A DNA stretch of 64,000 nt from Spirochaetia bacterium (GTDB taxonomy: Bacteria; Spirochaetota; Spirochaetia; DSM-2461): NCBI GenBank assembly GCA_963666985.2, contig CAXXIA010000002.1, positions 2,816,001 through 2,880,000 of the forward strand, read 5' to 3'. The translations under genes and the position numbers were made by a program. Positions within the stretch are counted from its first letter, which is position 1. Each line of letters opens with the position of its first letter. The notes below the pieces were generated by a model that worked only from the letters and a program-made list of their open reading frames with translations, ran no database searches and had not been told where the DNA came from. Positions 37,733 through 48,600 of this stretch are shown one piece after another.

Positions 37733-39112
37733 ATGAAAAAACCGAACGTCATCGTGTTTTTCACCGACCAGCAGCGGGCCGACTCGACGGGCGCCATGGG
37801 CAATCCTCTGGGCCTCACTCCCCATTTCGACGCCATGGCCCGGAAAGGCTGCCTTTTTTCTCAGGCGGTTACCTGCCAGCCTGTCTGTGCTCCGGCCCGC
37901 TCTTCTCTGCAGACCGGCTTATACGCGACGGAAACCGGCGTTTGGCGGAACCGTCTTCATCTGAAGTCTGGGGAACGCACTCTGGCCCACCATTTCAATG
38001 AAGCCGGTTATCACACCGGATATATCGGCAAATGGCATCTTTCGGGTGTTTATGGGGGGAAAGAGGATTGGCGGCAGGAACCGGTTCCCGGAGAAAAACA
38101 GGGCGGTTACCAATATTGGCTGGGCGCCGAACTTCCGGAATTCCTTTCCGATGAATACCATCCGTATCTATTCGATAATGATTGCCGGCCCGTCCGGCTC
38201 CCGGGATACCGCTCCGATGCCTATGTCGACGCCGGAATCCGTTATATCCGGGATCGGCTGAGTTCGCAGCCGGAAACCCCGTTTTTTCTGTTTCTTTCCG
38301 TTTTCGAACCGCACCATCAAAACCATCGGGATCATTTTCCTCCTCCGGCCGGGTACAAGTCTCTCTATAACGGTGCCTGGACGCCTCCGGATCTTTCCGC
38401 CTCGTCGGCCGCCGCCGCCCAGCTGGGCGACTACTGGGCCATGATAAAGCGTGTCGACGAGGGATTGGGCCGCCTGATGGATGCGCTGCGGAGTTTTGAT
38501 ATTCAGGATGAGACGATTCTTCTTTTTGCTTCCGATCACGGGTGCCACTTTAAAACACGGAATTCCGAATACAAGCGAAGCTGTCATGAGAGTTCCGTAC
38601 GCGTTCCCTGCGCGGCGATCGGTCCGGGATTCAACGGGAAAGGGTGCCGAGAGGAACTCGTCAATCTGGTTGATTTGACGCCGACGATTCTGGAAGCGGC
38701 CGGACTGCCTGTTCCCGAATCGATGCAGGGACGCAGTGTGATGGCATCTCTGCGGGGAGAGGCCGATTTCGAGAGAACGGAACAGTTCATACAGATTAGC
38801 GAGGATAAAGTTTCCCGGGCCCTGCGGACCCGGAGGTGGAAATACGCGGTGACCGCGATGGGCCTGGACGGAAATGCCCGGCCGAATTCCGATACATATA
38901 CGGAAGAATTCCTCTACGATTTGGAAGCAGATCCGTACGAGCAGCAGAATCTTGTTTCGGCCGCACAGCTTTCGGCGGTTCGGGAACACTTACGATTACG
39001 GCTCACCGAATGGATTCGGGAGATTGAAGGTTCCGAGGTTCGGATTCTGCCGGTGAAGGACTGCGCGGAAGTCGGTCAGCGGCGGGTTCTGCCGGGAGAA
39101 GAACTCCTTTAG
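37733..39112 (+). CDS. Cys-type formylglycine-dependent sulfatase
   Basis: KPNVIVFFTDQQR, VCAPARSSLQTG, GKWHL, SDHG, LYDLEADPYE. Confidence 0.94.
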   Translation: MKKPNVIVFFTDQQRADSTGAMGNPLGLTPHFDAMARKGCLFSQAVTCQPVCAPARSSLQTGLYATETGVWRNRLHLKSGERTLAHHFNEAGYHTGYIGKWHLSGVYGGKEDWRQEPVPGEKQGGYQYWLGAELPEFLSDEYHPYLFDNDCRPVRLPGYRSDAYVDAGIRYIRDRLSSQPETPFFLFLSVFEPHHQNHRDHFPPPAGYKSLYNGAWTPPDLSASSAAAAQLGDYWAMIKRVDEGLGRLMDALRSFDIQDETILLFASDHGCHFKTRNSEYKRSCHESSVRVPCAAIGPGFNGKGCREELVNLVDLTPTILEAAGLPVPESMQGRSVMASLRGEADFERTEQFIQISEDKVSRALRTRRWKYAVTAMGLDGNARPNSDTYTEEFLYDLEADPYEQQNLVSAAQLSAVREHLRLRLTEWIREIEGSEVRILPVKDCAEVGQRRVLPGEELL

Positions 39113-39148
39113 TTCTTGGTGCCTTTGGAGACGGAATCGATCTTATTA

Positions 39149-39469
39149 TTAGAAGGTGACCATTTTATCGGCCCATTCAACGACTTCCAGACAATCCTTC
39201 ATTGTTGAGAGCGGACAAGCCTCGGTTCCCTCTTTTTGTCTCGATTTCAGACATGTTCCGCAAGCCTGAATTGTTCCGCCTGCGGAAATAAAGGCCTTGA
39301 GCTGTTCGTCCACGTTATATTTTTCGTGAATGAGACCTTCGCATTCCACGGCCTCACCCATTAAGAAAACCTTGACTTCGTGATTTTGTTTTTTTGCGGT
39401 TACGGCGAAGCGAAACGCATTCCAGGCTTTCTCCGGTTCTTTGGTTTCGATGATGATTCCAATGTTCAT
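39149..39469 (-). CDS. DsrE/DsrF-like family protein
   Basis: VFLMGEAV, ACGTCLKSR, ending ADKMVTF. Confidence 0.85.
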   Translation of the reverse strand: MNIGIIIETKEPEKAWNAFRFAVTAKKQNHEVKVFLMGEAVECEGLIHEKYNVDEQLKAFISAGGTIQACGTCLKSRQKEGTEACPLSTMKDCLEVVEWADKMVTF

Positions 39470-39605
39470 TGCATAAACTCCTTAATTCGTTCAAATGACC
39501 CATTTGTCCGTTCAACCAACGTATGTTAGCCCAATTTTCGGATGTCTTCCGAGGTTTTTATAAAAGCGGCATGACCTTCATAACGGATTATGTACAATAG
39601 AAGTA

Positions 39606-40982
39606 ATGGATACGCCTTCTTTCCGGGCAAAATGCGCCGCTGTTCTTCATCGAATATTCCTGTTTTTCTTCTATTTACTTCTTCGCTCCACAGTTGGACT
39701 TTATTGCCGCATCAGGTACAGAGTTCGCTATCATCGCCCTCGTGAAGTACGGCGATTGCGTACGCCGTATGTCGTCCTGGCGGACCATGTTCATATCATG
39801 GATATGTTTTTTATAGGGCTGGGACTTCGGCCGGTGATTCATTGGGTGGCCGCGGACGCGAACTTTCGGACGCCTTTCATGAAATTCGTCATGACCTTTC
39901 TCGCGGGTGCCGTTGCGAAGTCCAAGAACCGTTCGGATATGATTACCTTGAGCCGGATGAAGCTGTTAACGGATATAGGCAGCGTTATCGGTATTTATCA
40001 GGAAGGAGAGCGGAGCTGGGACGGCGTGAGTCTGCCGCCGGTTCCGGGAACCGACAAACTGATCCGTTTTCTTAAAGTTCCGGTGGTGTATGCGCATTTG
40101 GAGGGAGCGTTCTTGAACCACCCCCGGTGGTCCTGGAAGAGCAACCGGAATCGCGTCAATGTCCGATATGAACTTGTTATTGACAGAAATGAAGTGAAGA
40201 ACATGCCTCTTTCGGAAATTACCGACCGTATCGGACGGGCGGGAACATATAACGAATGGGAGTATCAGAAAAAGGCGGCCCTGCCGTTGGGAACCGATAC
40301 AAGGGCGGAACATCTGGAACTGGTCTGCTTTCTCTGTCCGAAGTGCCGGTCGGTGAATACTTTGGTTTCTCAAGGGAATACGTTCTCCTGTTCCGCCTGC
40401 GGCATGAATGGAGTTGTTGATTCCTTCGGGAGTCTTGTTTGGCATGATGAGCCGGAAGCGTGGCCGCAGGGAAAGCCTTTCGAGAATATCCGGATGTGGA
40501 ATCTTTGGCAGATTGACTATTATCGCCGGGTTGTCGCCGAGCTTTATCCCGAACCCATCGAAGCGGGTACCGATGCTTCCGTTTCTTCAGATTACGCCTC
40601 GGCGCGAGGTGATACAGCCCATACTCCGCCTGCTGCTCGATCTGCCGGCGATGTGCTGCTCGGCGATCATCTTTTCTGGGAAGATGCGAACACGGTCTAT
40701 CTGAGCCGAGGCCGGCGGAATCGGAGAATGAAAAATCTTGGGCTGGGGACGGCCCGATTCTTCGGCGACCGGATTGAATACGAATCGTCCGAGATCAATC
40801 TTGTGATGCCGCTGGATACGATTTCTTCCTTCAGCGTGTTCAAACAATATTACGTTGAGTTCTACCATAATCGGGTGCTCTACCGGTTTGCCTTCGCGAA
40901 CCGGTCCGTTTCCGGCTACAAGTGGCTGATGCTTTTCCGAATTATCCTGGAAAGGATTTCAAGGATAAAGAATGGTGGATGA
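39606..40982 (+). CDS. PlsC-type acyltransferase with a zinc-ribbon C-terminal extension
   Basis: HVHIMD (HxxxxD), YQEGERSWDG, CPKC...CSAC. Confidence 0.82.
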   Translation: MDTPSFRAKCAAVLHRIFLFFFYLLLRSTVGLYCRIRYRVRYHRPREVRRLRTPYVVLADHVHIMDMFFIGLGLRPVIHWVAADANFRTPFMKFVMTFLAGAVAKSKNRSDMITLSRMKLLTDIGSVIGIYQEGERSWDGVSLPPVPGTDKLIRFLKVPVVYAHLEGAFLNHPRWSWKSNRNRVNVRYELVIDRNEVKNMPLSEITDRIGRAGTYNEWEYQKKAALPLGTDTRAEHLELVCFLCPKCRSVNTLVSQGNTFSCSACGMNGVVDSFGSLVWHDEPEAWPQGKPFENIRMWNLWQIDYYRRVVAELYPEPIEAGTDASVSSDYASARGDTAHTPPAARSAGDVLLGDHLFWEDANTVYLSRGRRNRRMKNLGLGTARFFGDRIEYESSEINLVMPLDTISSFSVFKQYYVEFYHNRVLYRFAFANRSVSGYKWLMLFRIILERISRIKNGG

Positions 40983-41138
40983 AGGTATGTTTGTATGGCG
41001 GCCTTTTCGTGTTGGTGCCGCCTGATGCGGAGGGAGTTAAGGCGGGCGTTTTAGGGCGGTGAGGTATCGGCGAGGCCCGCCTGCCCGCGACACGGCGGGG
41101 AGGATGAGCGGCGGGCTTCGGGGGTTACCTATAAAAAC

Positions 41139-42218
41139 CTATCCTTTGACGCTCTCGCAGCCTCCTTTGACGCGGCCGAGGCCGAGGGCGTTGAGAACGA
41201 GTTTGGGCAGCGGTTTGCCGGCCGGTCGTTTGGAGAGGTCCATGTACCAGCCGATTTTTTTCATGACAGGGAGTTTTTTTGTTTCGACGAACTCGATGAG
41301 GGTGCCGTCGGCATCTTCAATGTAGGTGAAGCGGCCGGCGGCTTCGCCCATGTCGAAGGGTGTGCCCGAATCGACGGTGAAGGGGAATCCGAGGGTTCCG
41401 AGGTGCTGCTGCAGGGCGTCCATGTCCTGGATGTCGAAGCAGAGGTGGATGAATCCGCCGTCGCCCCAGTAGCGGCCGGCAAGGATTTTATCGGGTTTGC
41501 GGTTGAGGGCCTGGACGAGTTCGATGCGGCTGGAGCCGAAGATGGGCGCGAAGGGGCCGGTGGGTTTTTGGCTTCGGGTGAGGAGGACGCGCCGGAAGTT
41601 CCCGCCGCCGCCGTTTAAGGGAGACCAGTCGGTGAAGCTGCCTTCCTGGTCGTAGAGGACGGTGTCGTAGCCTAATCCGTCGCGGTAGAGTTTCAGGGAT
41701 TTTTCAATGTCGGAGACGCCGATGAGGGCGCCGGCGGGTCCGCCGGTGGGGTGGCCTTTGGTTTTGTACCATTCGTCGGAATGGACGATTTGAAAGATGT
41801 TGCCCCAGGGATCGCGGACGAAGAAGGTGGGCTCGCCGTCGGGGCCCACGGCGGGGTTGCCGAGGACGGTGGCGCCCGAATCCACGAGGTATCTGTGAGC
41901 GGTTACCGGGTCGTCGGTTTTGATGCGGGCGGCGAAGATGCCGGTGTCGCCGAGTTTGGGCGGTTTCTCCGGGAAGACGGTTTTCCGGCTGGTGTACTGC
42001 CAGATTTCAAAGCCGCCTCCTCCGCGGAGGTTGACGGCCAGGATGGCGTAGCGGGATTGGACTTTGCCGCCGGTGTATTTGGTCATGAAGGGAGCTTCGG
42101 CGGCTTCTTTGAACACGGGGATGTCCATGCCGAAGCGGCACCGGTACCATTTCCATGCTTCGTCGGCGTCCGGGATGCCGATGCCGATTTGCTGTATTCC
42201 GCTGATAAGATGGGCCAT
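41139..42218 (-). CDS. VOC (glyoxalase/bleomycin-resistance) family protein with tandem domains
   Basis: IQQIGIG, FEIWQY, RDPWGNIFQI, IHLCFD, EDADGTLIEFVE. Confidence 0.85.
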   Translation of the reverse strand: MAHLISGIQQIGIGIPDADEAWKWYRCRFGMDIPVFKEAAEAPFMTKYTGGKVQSRYAILAVNLRGGGGFEIWQYTSRKTVFPEKPPKLGDTGIFAARIKTDDPVTAHRYLVDSGATVLGNPAVGPDGEPTFFVRDPWGNIFQIVHSDEWYKTKGHPTGGPAGALIGVSDIEKSLKLYRDGLGYDTVLYDQEGSFTDWSPLNGGGGNFRRVLLTRSQKPTGPFAPIFGSSRIELVQALNRKPDKILAGRYWGDGGFIHLCFDIQDMDALQQHLGTLGFPFTVDSGTPFDMGEAAGRFTYIEDADGTLIEFVETKKLPVMKKIGWYMDLSKRPAGKPLPKLVLNALGLGRVKGGCESVKG

Positions 42219-42708
42219 GTTTTCTCCTTGGGGGGCCGCGCCGCCCGATGAGGTGGGGTTCGGCGGCTTTTTGCTTTTTCTTTTATCACTGCCGGCGGGT
42301 TTGACGCCGACGGTTTTGTTACTCCGATTACCAGCAGGATAGGCCGGGCTGCGGCGGTTCTGCCGCGCCGGTTCGGCTCTTCCATGCCGCTGCCGCGCCG
42401 CCGGTTCGGTAATTCTCAGCTCCTATTCCGCGATTATGCGGGGTCTGTTCCGATCCGGCGAATCCGTTATCGAATCCATTATAGAGAATCTCGGTGATTT
42501 CCGCCGCTATTATCGGACGATAAAATCCGGAATCGTTCGGGCGGCTTGAAGATGGCGTCCATAATCCTGATATGCCGCTTCTTAACAAAAAGTTCATCTG
42601 TGTTTATGCCGTTTTTATACTCATGTATTTTTAACACGGGTAAGTTCAATGTGGATCTTTTAGTTTCTCATGTCCTTCTCGGGCGATTCTTTTTCTATAG
42701 GATACGGC

Positions 42709-43740
42709 ATGCGCTTACGGACAATTCTTACGGCATCGATTTTTATCGGTGTTGTCTCTTCCTGTTTCGCGGATCTTTCATTGGCGAAAGGATTGGATCT
42801 GGAATCGAAAATGCGTTTTCGGACCGATCAGGACAGTATCGATGATGAATACTTTACTCTCGACGCGGAACTGAAACTCAAGTACGAAACGAAAACCGAT
42901 TTTGATTTTCGGATGGAATCCGAACTTGATAGAGACGGTGTCCGATTATCGGAACTTTGGGGCAGATATAAATTCGACGAATGGCGTATGAAGGCCGGGA
43001 TGTTCGAAAATATTCTTCTCGGAGACGATTTTCTCTCCGGAGAACGGTGTTTTTTTTCATCCGATAATATCGTTTCGGAGCGACTGCGGTACATGGGATG
43101 GTATTCTTCCGCCGCGACCGGAGTCTCTCTTTACAGGAACGCAAAGGATGATGAAAGCGCGTACGGGGTTTATTCGCATGCCTTTTTTCATCCGTCTTCG
43201 GCGGAGTTTCAATTTGATGTCGGCGGATATTGGGCCTATGCCGGCGAAGATACTTTTCTCGGCGGAATCGCCGCGTATTATCCGTTCTTCATTCATGATG
43301 CTTGGTACGGTGATTCGTCGTATGTTCAAAAGCATAATTTTCTGATGTCCGTCTATGCGGCGGATTTTCGCGAAGAAAAAGCGTTTGTTTATAAAGTCGA
43401 GGCCCTCGTTGCGAGCAATCTTATCGATCCGGTCGGATTCATTCATTTCCCGAGCGGTACCGACGGAAGCCTGTTTTTCGGAACCTGCACGTATTTCGGT
43501 TTTCCAATCGCGGGAGAAAGCGTTGTTGTTACACCGGGACTGCGTTTTTCTTATCTCATGCACAGCTTTGAACAGCCTCGTTCAAACGACATGGAATATG
43601 TGTTCTCGGGAACGTTTCGGCTGCATGACGTTCTAACAATGAACGGCGGAATCGGAATCGGGACGAGCACCTACTACGATGCGAAATGGGTTACGGCTCT
43701 GGAGCTGTTATGGAATCTGGAAGTCTCCGTTCGAATCTAG
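42709..43740 (+). CDS. exported protein, possibly an outer-membrane beta-barrel/porin
   Basis: Signal peptide and alternating aromatic beta-strand pattern; first gene of the CotH cluster. Confidence 0.5.
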   Translation: MRLRTILTASIFIGVVSSCFADLSLAKGLDLESKMRFRTDQDSIDDEYFTLDAELKLKYETKTDFDFRMESELDRDGVRLSELWGRYKFDEWRMKAGMFENILLGDDFLSGERCFFSSDNIVSERLRYMGWYSSAATGVSLYRNAKDDESAYGVYSHAFFHPSSAEFQFDVGGYWAYAGEDTFLGGIAAYYPFFIHDAWYGDSSYVQKHNFLMSVYAADFREEKAFVYKVEALVASNLIDPVGFIHFPSGTDGSLFFGTCTYFGFPIAGESVVVTPGLRFSYLMHSFEQPRSNDMEYVFSGTFRLHDVLTMNGGIGIGTSTYYDAKWVTALELLWNLEVSVRI

Positions 43741-44804
43741 CCGTTCTCGCGGGTGTGTTTTTTCTCGCTTCTTGCGGGGAAATCGTCGGATTCCGAGAAC
43801 AAACGACGGAGATCGGCGACTTGCCGAGATTCGATATTCATATCGGCGATGACGAGCTGGAAATCCTTTACGAAAGTTTGACCAACGATGCGTATGCCTC
43901 CTGCCGTTTCGACGACGGTTCCGGAAGCCGGTCGGCGGGGATTCGGATACGCGGAGATTCATCGAGAATGCATCCGAAGAAATCCTTCACGCTTGTTTTC
44001 GACGAGGAGGGGACGGAAGTCAAGACGGCACTGGATTCCGGAGGAGATCCCTGGTTCCTTTACAATATGGCGATGTATGCCTACGGCAGCGTCGGTCTTC
44101 CGGCGCCGCAGCTTCAGCCCGTGGCTTTGTTCCTGAACGATTCGTATCTCGGTTATTACAGCGTGATTCGGATGTATTCCGAAGATTTGAATGAGTTTTA
44201 CCGAAGCGATAACGGCGAGCTGTTCAAATTCTCATACAATGCGGAGAACGGCGCCGAGAAGAAATTTCCGGATAACGGCGACTATTCCCGATTCCATGAA
44301 CTTTTGCTGAACGCCGAACAGATGTCTTCCGAAGAATGGGTGGACTGGTGTGAAGAACACATCGATATCGAATCCGCCGCGAAGTACGTGGTCGTCAGTG
44401 ATTATCTGGGCATTTGGGATATCAAAGATAAGAATTTCTATGTGTATTTCGGGGATACGATCCGCATACTGCCGTGGGACAACGATCAAGGACTGACGTA
44501 CTCCAATCCCGGCGGCGATGATGTGATTACCTCGCGTCTGTTCGAATCGCCGGTGTTTCTGGAATATTACGGCGAGTCTCTGAAAAAATACTTTTTGAAT
44601 ACCGGATCGGATAATATCGTATCTCTCTTGGAGGAACGGCTGGAAGATTTGGCGGAGATTCTGGATACTCCGGCGAGGAATTCGTCGGTTTTCTTTCTTA
44701 CCTACGAGGATTTCCTCGAAGAATTGGATGAGTTTCGAACGTTTCTGTATACCAGGAGCGATCAGATCCGTTCCGCTTCCGAATGGACGGAGTATATCGA
44801 ATGA
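43710..44804 (+). CDS. CotH kinase-family lipoprotein
   Basis: Lipobox LASC; IRIRGDSS..PKKSF, KNFYVY, ILPWDND. Confidence 0.85.
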   Translation: MESGSLRSNLAVLAGVFFLASCGEIVGFREQTTEIGDLPRFDIHIGDDELEILYESLTNDAYASCRFDDGSGSRSAGIRIRGDSSRMHPKKSFTLVFDEEGTEVKTALDSGGDPWFLYNMAMYAYGSVGLPAPQLQPVALFLNDSYLGYYSVIRMYSEDLNEFYRSDNGELFKFSYNAENGAEKKFPDNGDYSRFHELLLNAEQMSSEEWVDWCEEHIDIESAAKYVVVSDYLGIWDIKDKNFYVYFGDTIRILPWDNDQGLTYSNPGGDDVITSRLFESPVFLEYYGESLKKYFLNTGSDNIVSLLEERLEDLAEILDTPARNSSVFFLTYEDFLEELDEFRTFLYTRSDQIRSASEWTEYIE

Positions 44805-45592
44805 TCGACCCACAACGTCTGCAATTCGGATTGGCCGAGGCGCTGGACCGACCGATATCCGGCATCGAACTTACTCCGAAGATTATCCTGCTCAGGCTCG
44901 GCATGACATTCATGCTGACCTTGATACTGTCTCAGCTTTACAGATATACGAATCGGGAGAAGAGGGATTCTCATGTCATGATGCATTCGATGGTTTATAT
45001 CGGAACCATCCTTTCCGGCGCCATGATGATTATCGGTACGAATTTGGCCACGGCATTCGGCCTCCTGGGGGCTGTTTCCATTATTCGCTTTCGGACAATC
45101 GTCGAGAACTCGGTGGATATGTCCTTCATTTTCCTTTCCATTGTCATCGGGATTTCTTCGGGTTTGGGACTTTTTGTCCATGCTCTGGTTATCAGCGTTT
45201 TCGTCGGTACGGCGATGTTTCTTCTTAATTTCGTCTACAAGAAGAAACATCCTCCGAATCCGAATGCCGTTCGCCTGGTGGTTTCCGTGAAGCGAAAGGT
45301 CTTCCAGTCCCGGGAAGTCACGTCCCTTTTGGAGGAACTCGGCAGCGAGGCCAGCTTGAAGAGTCTTCAGACGAAGAATAAAACGGTCGTTTTGGACTTT
45401 GAAATGCCCGTAACCGAGGATTCTGCGCGGAACCTCAGAATCATGCTTGACGATTTGACCGCGATGGACGATTCGGTCCGGGTTAAGATTTCGAAAATCT
45501 CGGCTCGAGATTTCAGTAATGCCGGGGAAGATCTCCAGTCCGTCTGGCTGTCGGGGAAAAAAGCTCCGTTGTCTCTCGACAGCAAGGATTAA
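44801..45592 (+). CDS. DUF4956 membrane protein
   Basis: IGTNLATAFGLLGAVSIIRFRT signature. Confidence 0.85.
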   Translation: MIDPQRLQFGLAEALDRPISGIELTPKIILLRLGMTFMLTLILSQLYRYTNREKRDSHVMMHSMVYIGTILSGAMMIIGTNLATAFGLLGAVSIIRFRTIVENSVDMSFIFLSIVIGISSGLGLFVHALVISVFVGTAMFLLNFVYKKKHPPNPNAVRLVVSVKRKVFQSREVTSLLEELGSEASLKSLQTKNKTVVLDFEMPVTEDSARNLRIMLDDLTAMDDSVRVKISKISARDFSNAGEDLQSVWLSGKKAPLSLDSKD

Positions 45593-45645
45593 TCGCTCAT
45601 CATTATTCCGTCCTGAATAACTTCCGTTATCTAGGACGGCCCCAT

Positions 45646-48600
45646 CTATTTTAATCCGATGGGGAAATCCTGGCCGAAAACAAATCCGGTCGGGAACTGA
45701 GCTTCGCCCGCGTACTCTTCTGTTAATTCGGGCAGATTCGTTTCCACGTAGCTTTTCAGGCTCCCCACGGTTATTTGACCGTTGGATTGCGCGGCCTCTC
45801 CGGCCAGCCCGTTCAAAATCGCTTTGGTTAAGGCTCCCTGTCCGAGGGTTGCGAATTCCTGTGCGAATTGATCTTCGCGGCTGGCGGCGATAAGCGTGGA
45901 TCCGGTTGCTCGGCTCAGACGCGACAGGGCGATTTCCTCTCCCGCGCCGCGGACGGCAAAGGCGGAATTGATGGCTCCCGAATTGCAGGCATCCAGTACC
46001 ATAAACTGCTTTCGTGCGGGTACGGCGCTGATAAGTTCTTCGAATTCAGGCCCCGATAGGCCCAATCGCTCCACCTGACTTAAATCGGTCATCTGCGTAA
46101 CATCGGTGGGAATGAAAAAGAATTCCGAGCGCTCGGTTTCCTCATACTCCAGAGCGATTCCGTGACCGGCAAAAAAGAACATGAACACATCTTCCGGTTT
46201 CGATTCGGATTGGATGCCGCGGATGGCGGAGCTAATGCCTGCGCGGGTTGCCTCGGTATCCGTGAGAAGCGTTGATTCAATGTTTTTAAAGAGCCCTCCG
46301 GCGGCTTTTTCAACCGCGGCGATGAAGCTTATCGCATCGGTTTTGGCATAATTCAAATCGTAGCGGCCGTTTCTGTATTCGTTTATTCCAACGGAAATAA
46401 TCCAGAGAGTCGGTTCCGCCCTGCGGGGAGCCCGATAACTGATCAAAGCCTGGGCGGGATTGCTTTCCACCCGGGAATCGGAAAAGCCGACGGCTCGGAG
46501 AAGATTTTCACCGCCGCTCAGTTGGATTGTAAACGTATGGATGTTTTGGGAGTGCGCCGTTGAGCCGAGCCCTCGGGTTGTTCCCGATACCCGGGTGCCG
46601 TTGTGGAAGAGCCGGATTTCGTCGACGCCTCCGCCCTGATCGGACGCTTCAACCCGAATCCTTAAGTTCCCGTCGCTGATTTTGTAATCCGAATCTCCTT
46701 CGTTTATAAGAGAGAAGACTCCGTTTGTTCTTTCGGCTTTAATTGTAATGTTCGGTGGTGCTTTAAAACCGTCCGTCAGGTTTCGGGACGCGGGGAGGTT
46801 TGAGATATCTCTTCCGGCAGCGGTGGCTTCGACGATATCCGGCCGGTAAAAAACATCAAAGAATTGGTCTATGGAATAGGCCGTCAGGCCGTTGACGATA
46901 TACACGGCTTTGCGCGCGAATTCTTTATCACCGGAAAAGTACCCATCCGGGGTCCAAACAACCGAATTCCCTTCGGGGTTAAGGACGATCGAATAAATCA
47001 GCCGTCCGTCGGGGATGCTCCAGAGGTTGATGATTCCATTCTCCGAGCAGGAGAGCAGCCGGCTGCCGTCTATGGTGAAAGCCAGAGAATTAACCGATCC
47101 TGTAAATCCCCGCAAGGTGAGAATCTCTTTTCCGGTTGCCTTCTCCCAGAGCCGCAGAGTTCTGTCGTTTGAACCGGAAGCGAGCAGACGGCCGTCCGAA
47201 GAGAAGGCGATTGTATTCACAACATTCTCATGTCCGATGAAGGATCTGATGAATCTTCCGCTTTCCATATCATACAGATGGATTTGATTATCCAAACCAC
47301 CGCCGGCAACCAGAGTTCCATCGGAAGTAAAGGCAACGCTTTGCGAGAAGTTTATGCTGCTCCGGTCGTGATATTTCCGGATATGCCGGCCCGTCGCGCC
47401 GTCGATGAGAGCCATTCCCCCATTGCTGTGGGATAAGATAAATCGGCCGTCCGGAGAGTAGGCGAAATCACGCGGCGTATCCCCGCCGGTTCCACTGTCG
47501 ATTTCACGAAGGAGTTCTCCTGTTTGAACATCAACGGCATAAATGGTCTTGTCTCCTCCTATTGAGTAGAGCAGGGTCCTGCCGTCCGGAGAAATCTCAA
47601 CATCGGTAATTTTTCCGTATATGTTTTTTCCGTTAAACGTGTTGAGCAGGCGTTTGTTCGGAATATCCCAGATAGAGACGGTTCCGTTGTCTCTGCCTGA
47701 AACCGCCAGCGCACCGGAGGGTGTAATGGATATGTCAAGAATCTCTCTGTTTTTGAGTACGATTCTCTGATTGTTCGGATGAACAAAGGTTTGGACGGTT
47801 CGGCCGGTGGCAAGGTCGAATCGTCCCATGAGCCCGTTCATTCCGCAGCAGTAAAATGTTTTTCCGTCGGGGCCTATCCGGAGGGTATTCAGGGCTGTGG
47901 CCGCCGGTTCCAGACTGTAGCGTTTTTTGCCGTCGCCGGCATCCAGCATAACCAGAGTCCGGTCATAGTCGCCCGTAATCGCTATCTTCGAATTATCCGG
48001 TGTAAGAGAGATGCGATGGTTGTATATATCGGAACTTTCCCAGTCCATGTTTCCCGTGGCAATATTCCAACGGTAAATTTTCCCATAAGCATTGGATATC
48101 AGAAAACGGCCGTCTTTTGATATTTGAACATCCTTGATTTCCCTCTCGTGGGAGAAGGTTCTGATAATCCGTCCGGTGGCGGCATCCGCGAGAGTTATTG
48201 TTTTATTATCGTTGGATGTGAACGCCAGATAGCGGCCGTCGGGGGACCATGTCGAGGGCCGGATGCCTTCCCATTCCTGTTCTATTTCGCCGCTTTCCAT
48301 ATTAAGAAGCTTGATTCCGCTGTCGGCCGCTCCAAGGTTGGCAAGCAGAACGGTTTCGTCCCGCGGTGAAAAATGTACGGAAGAATAATTGAAATGGAAT
48401 CCCGAAAAATCCTGAAGTTTCCGGCCTGTTTTTAAATCCCAGAGCATAACGTGGTTGTCATTGGAGCAGGTAACGAGTCTCTCTCCATCGCCGGACAGAT
48501 CCGTTCCGGAGGGATGTCCTTGGTGACCGCTTAAGCGGAGGCTCCGTATCTGCCGACCGCTGCCGATTTCGAAAACAGAGTAATTGATGGCGTTACCATC

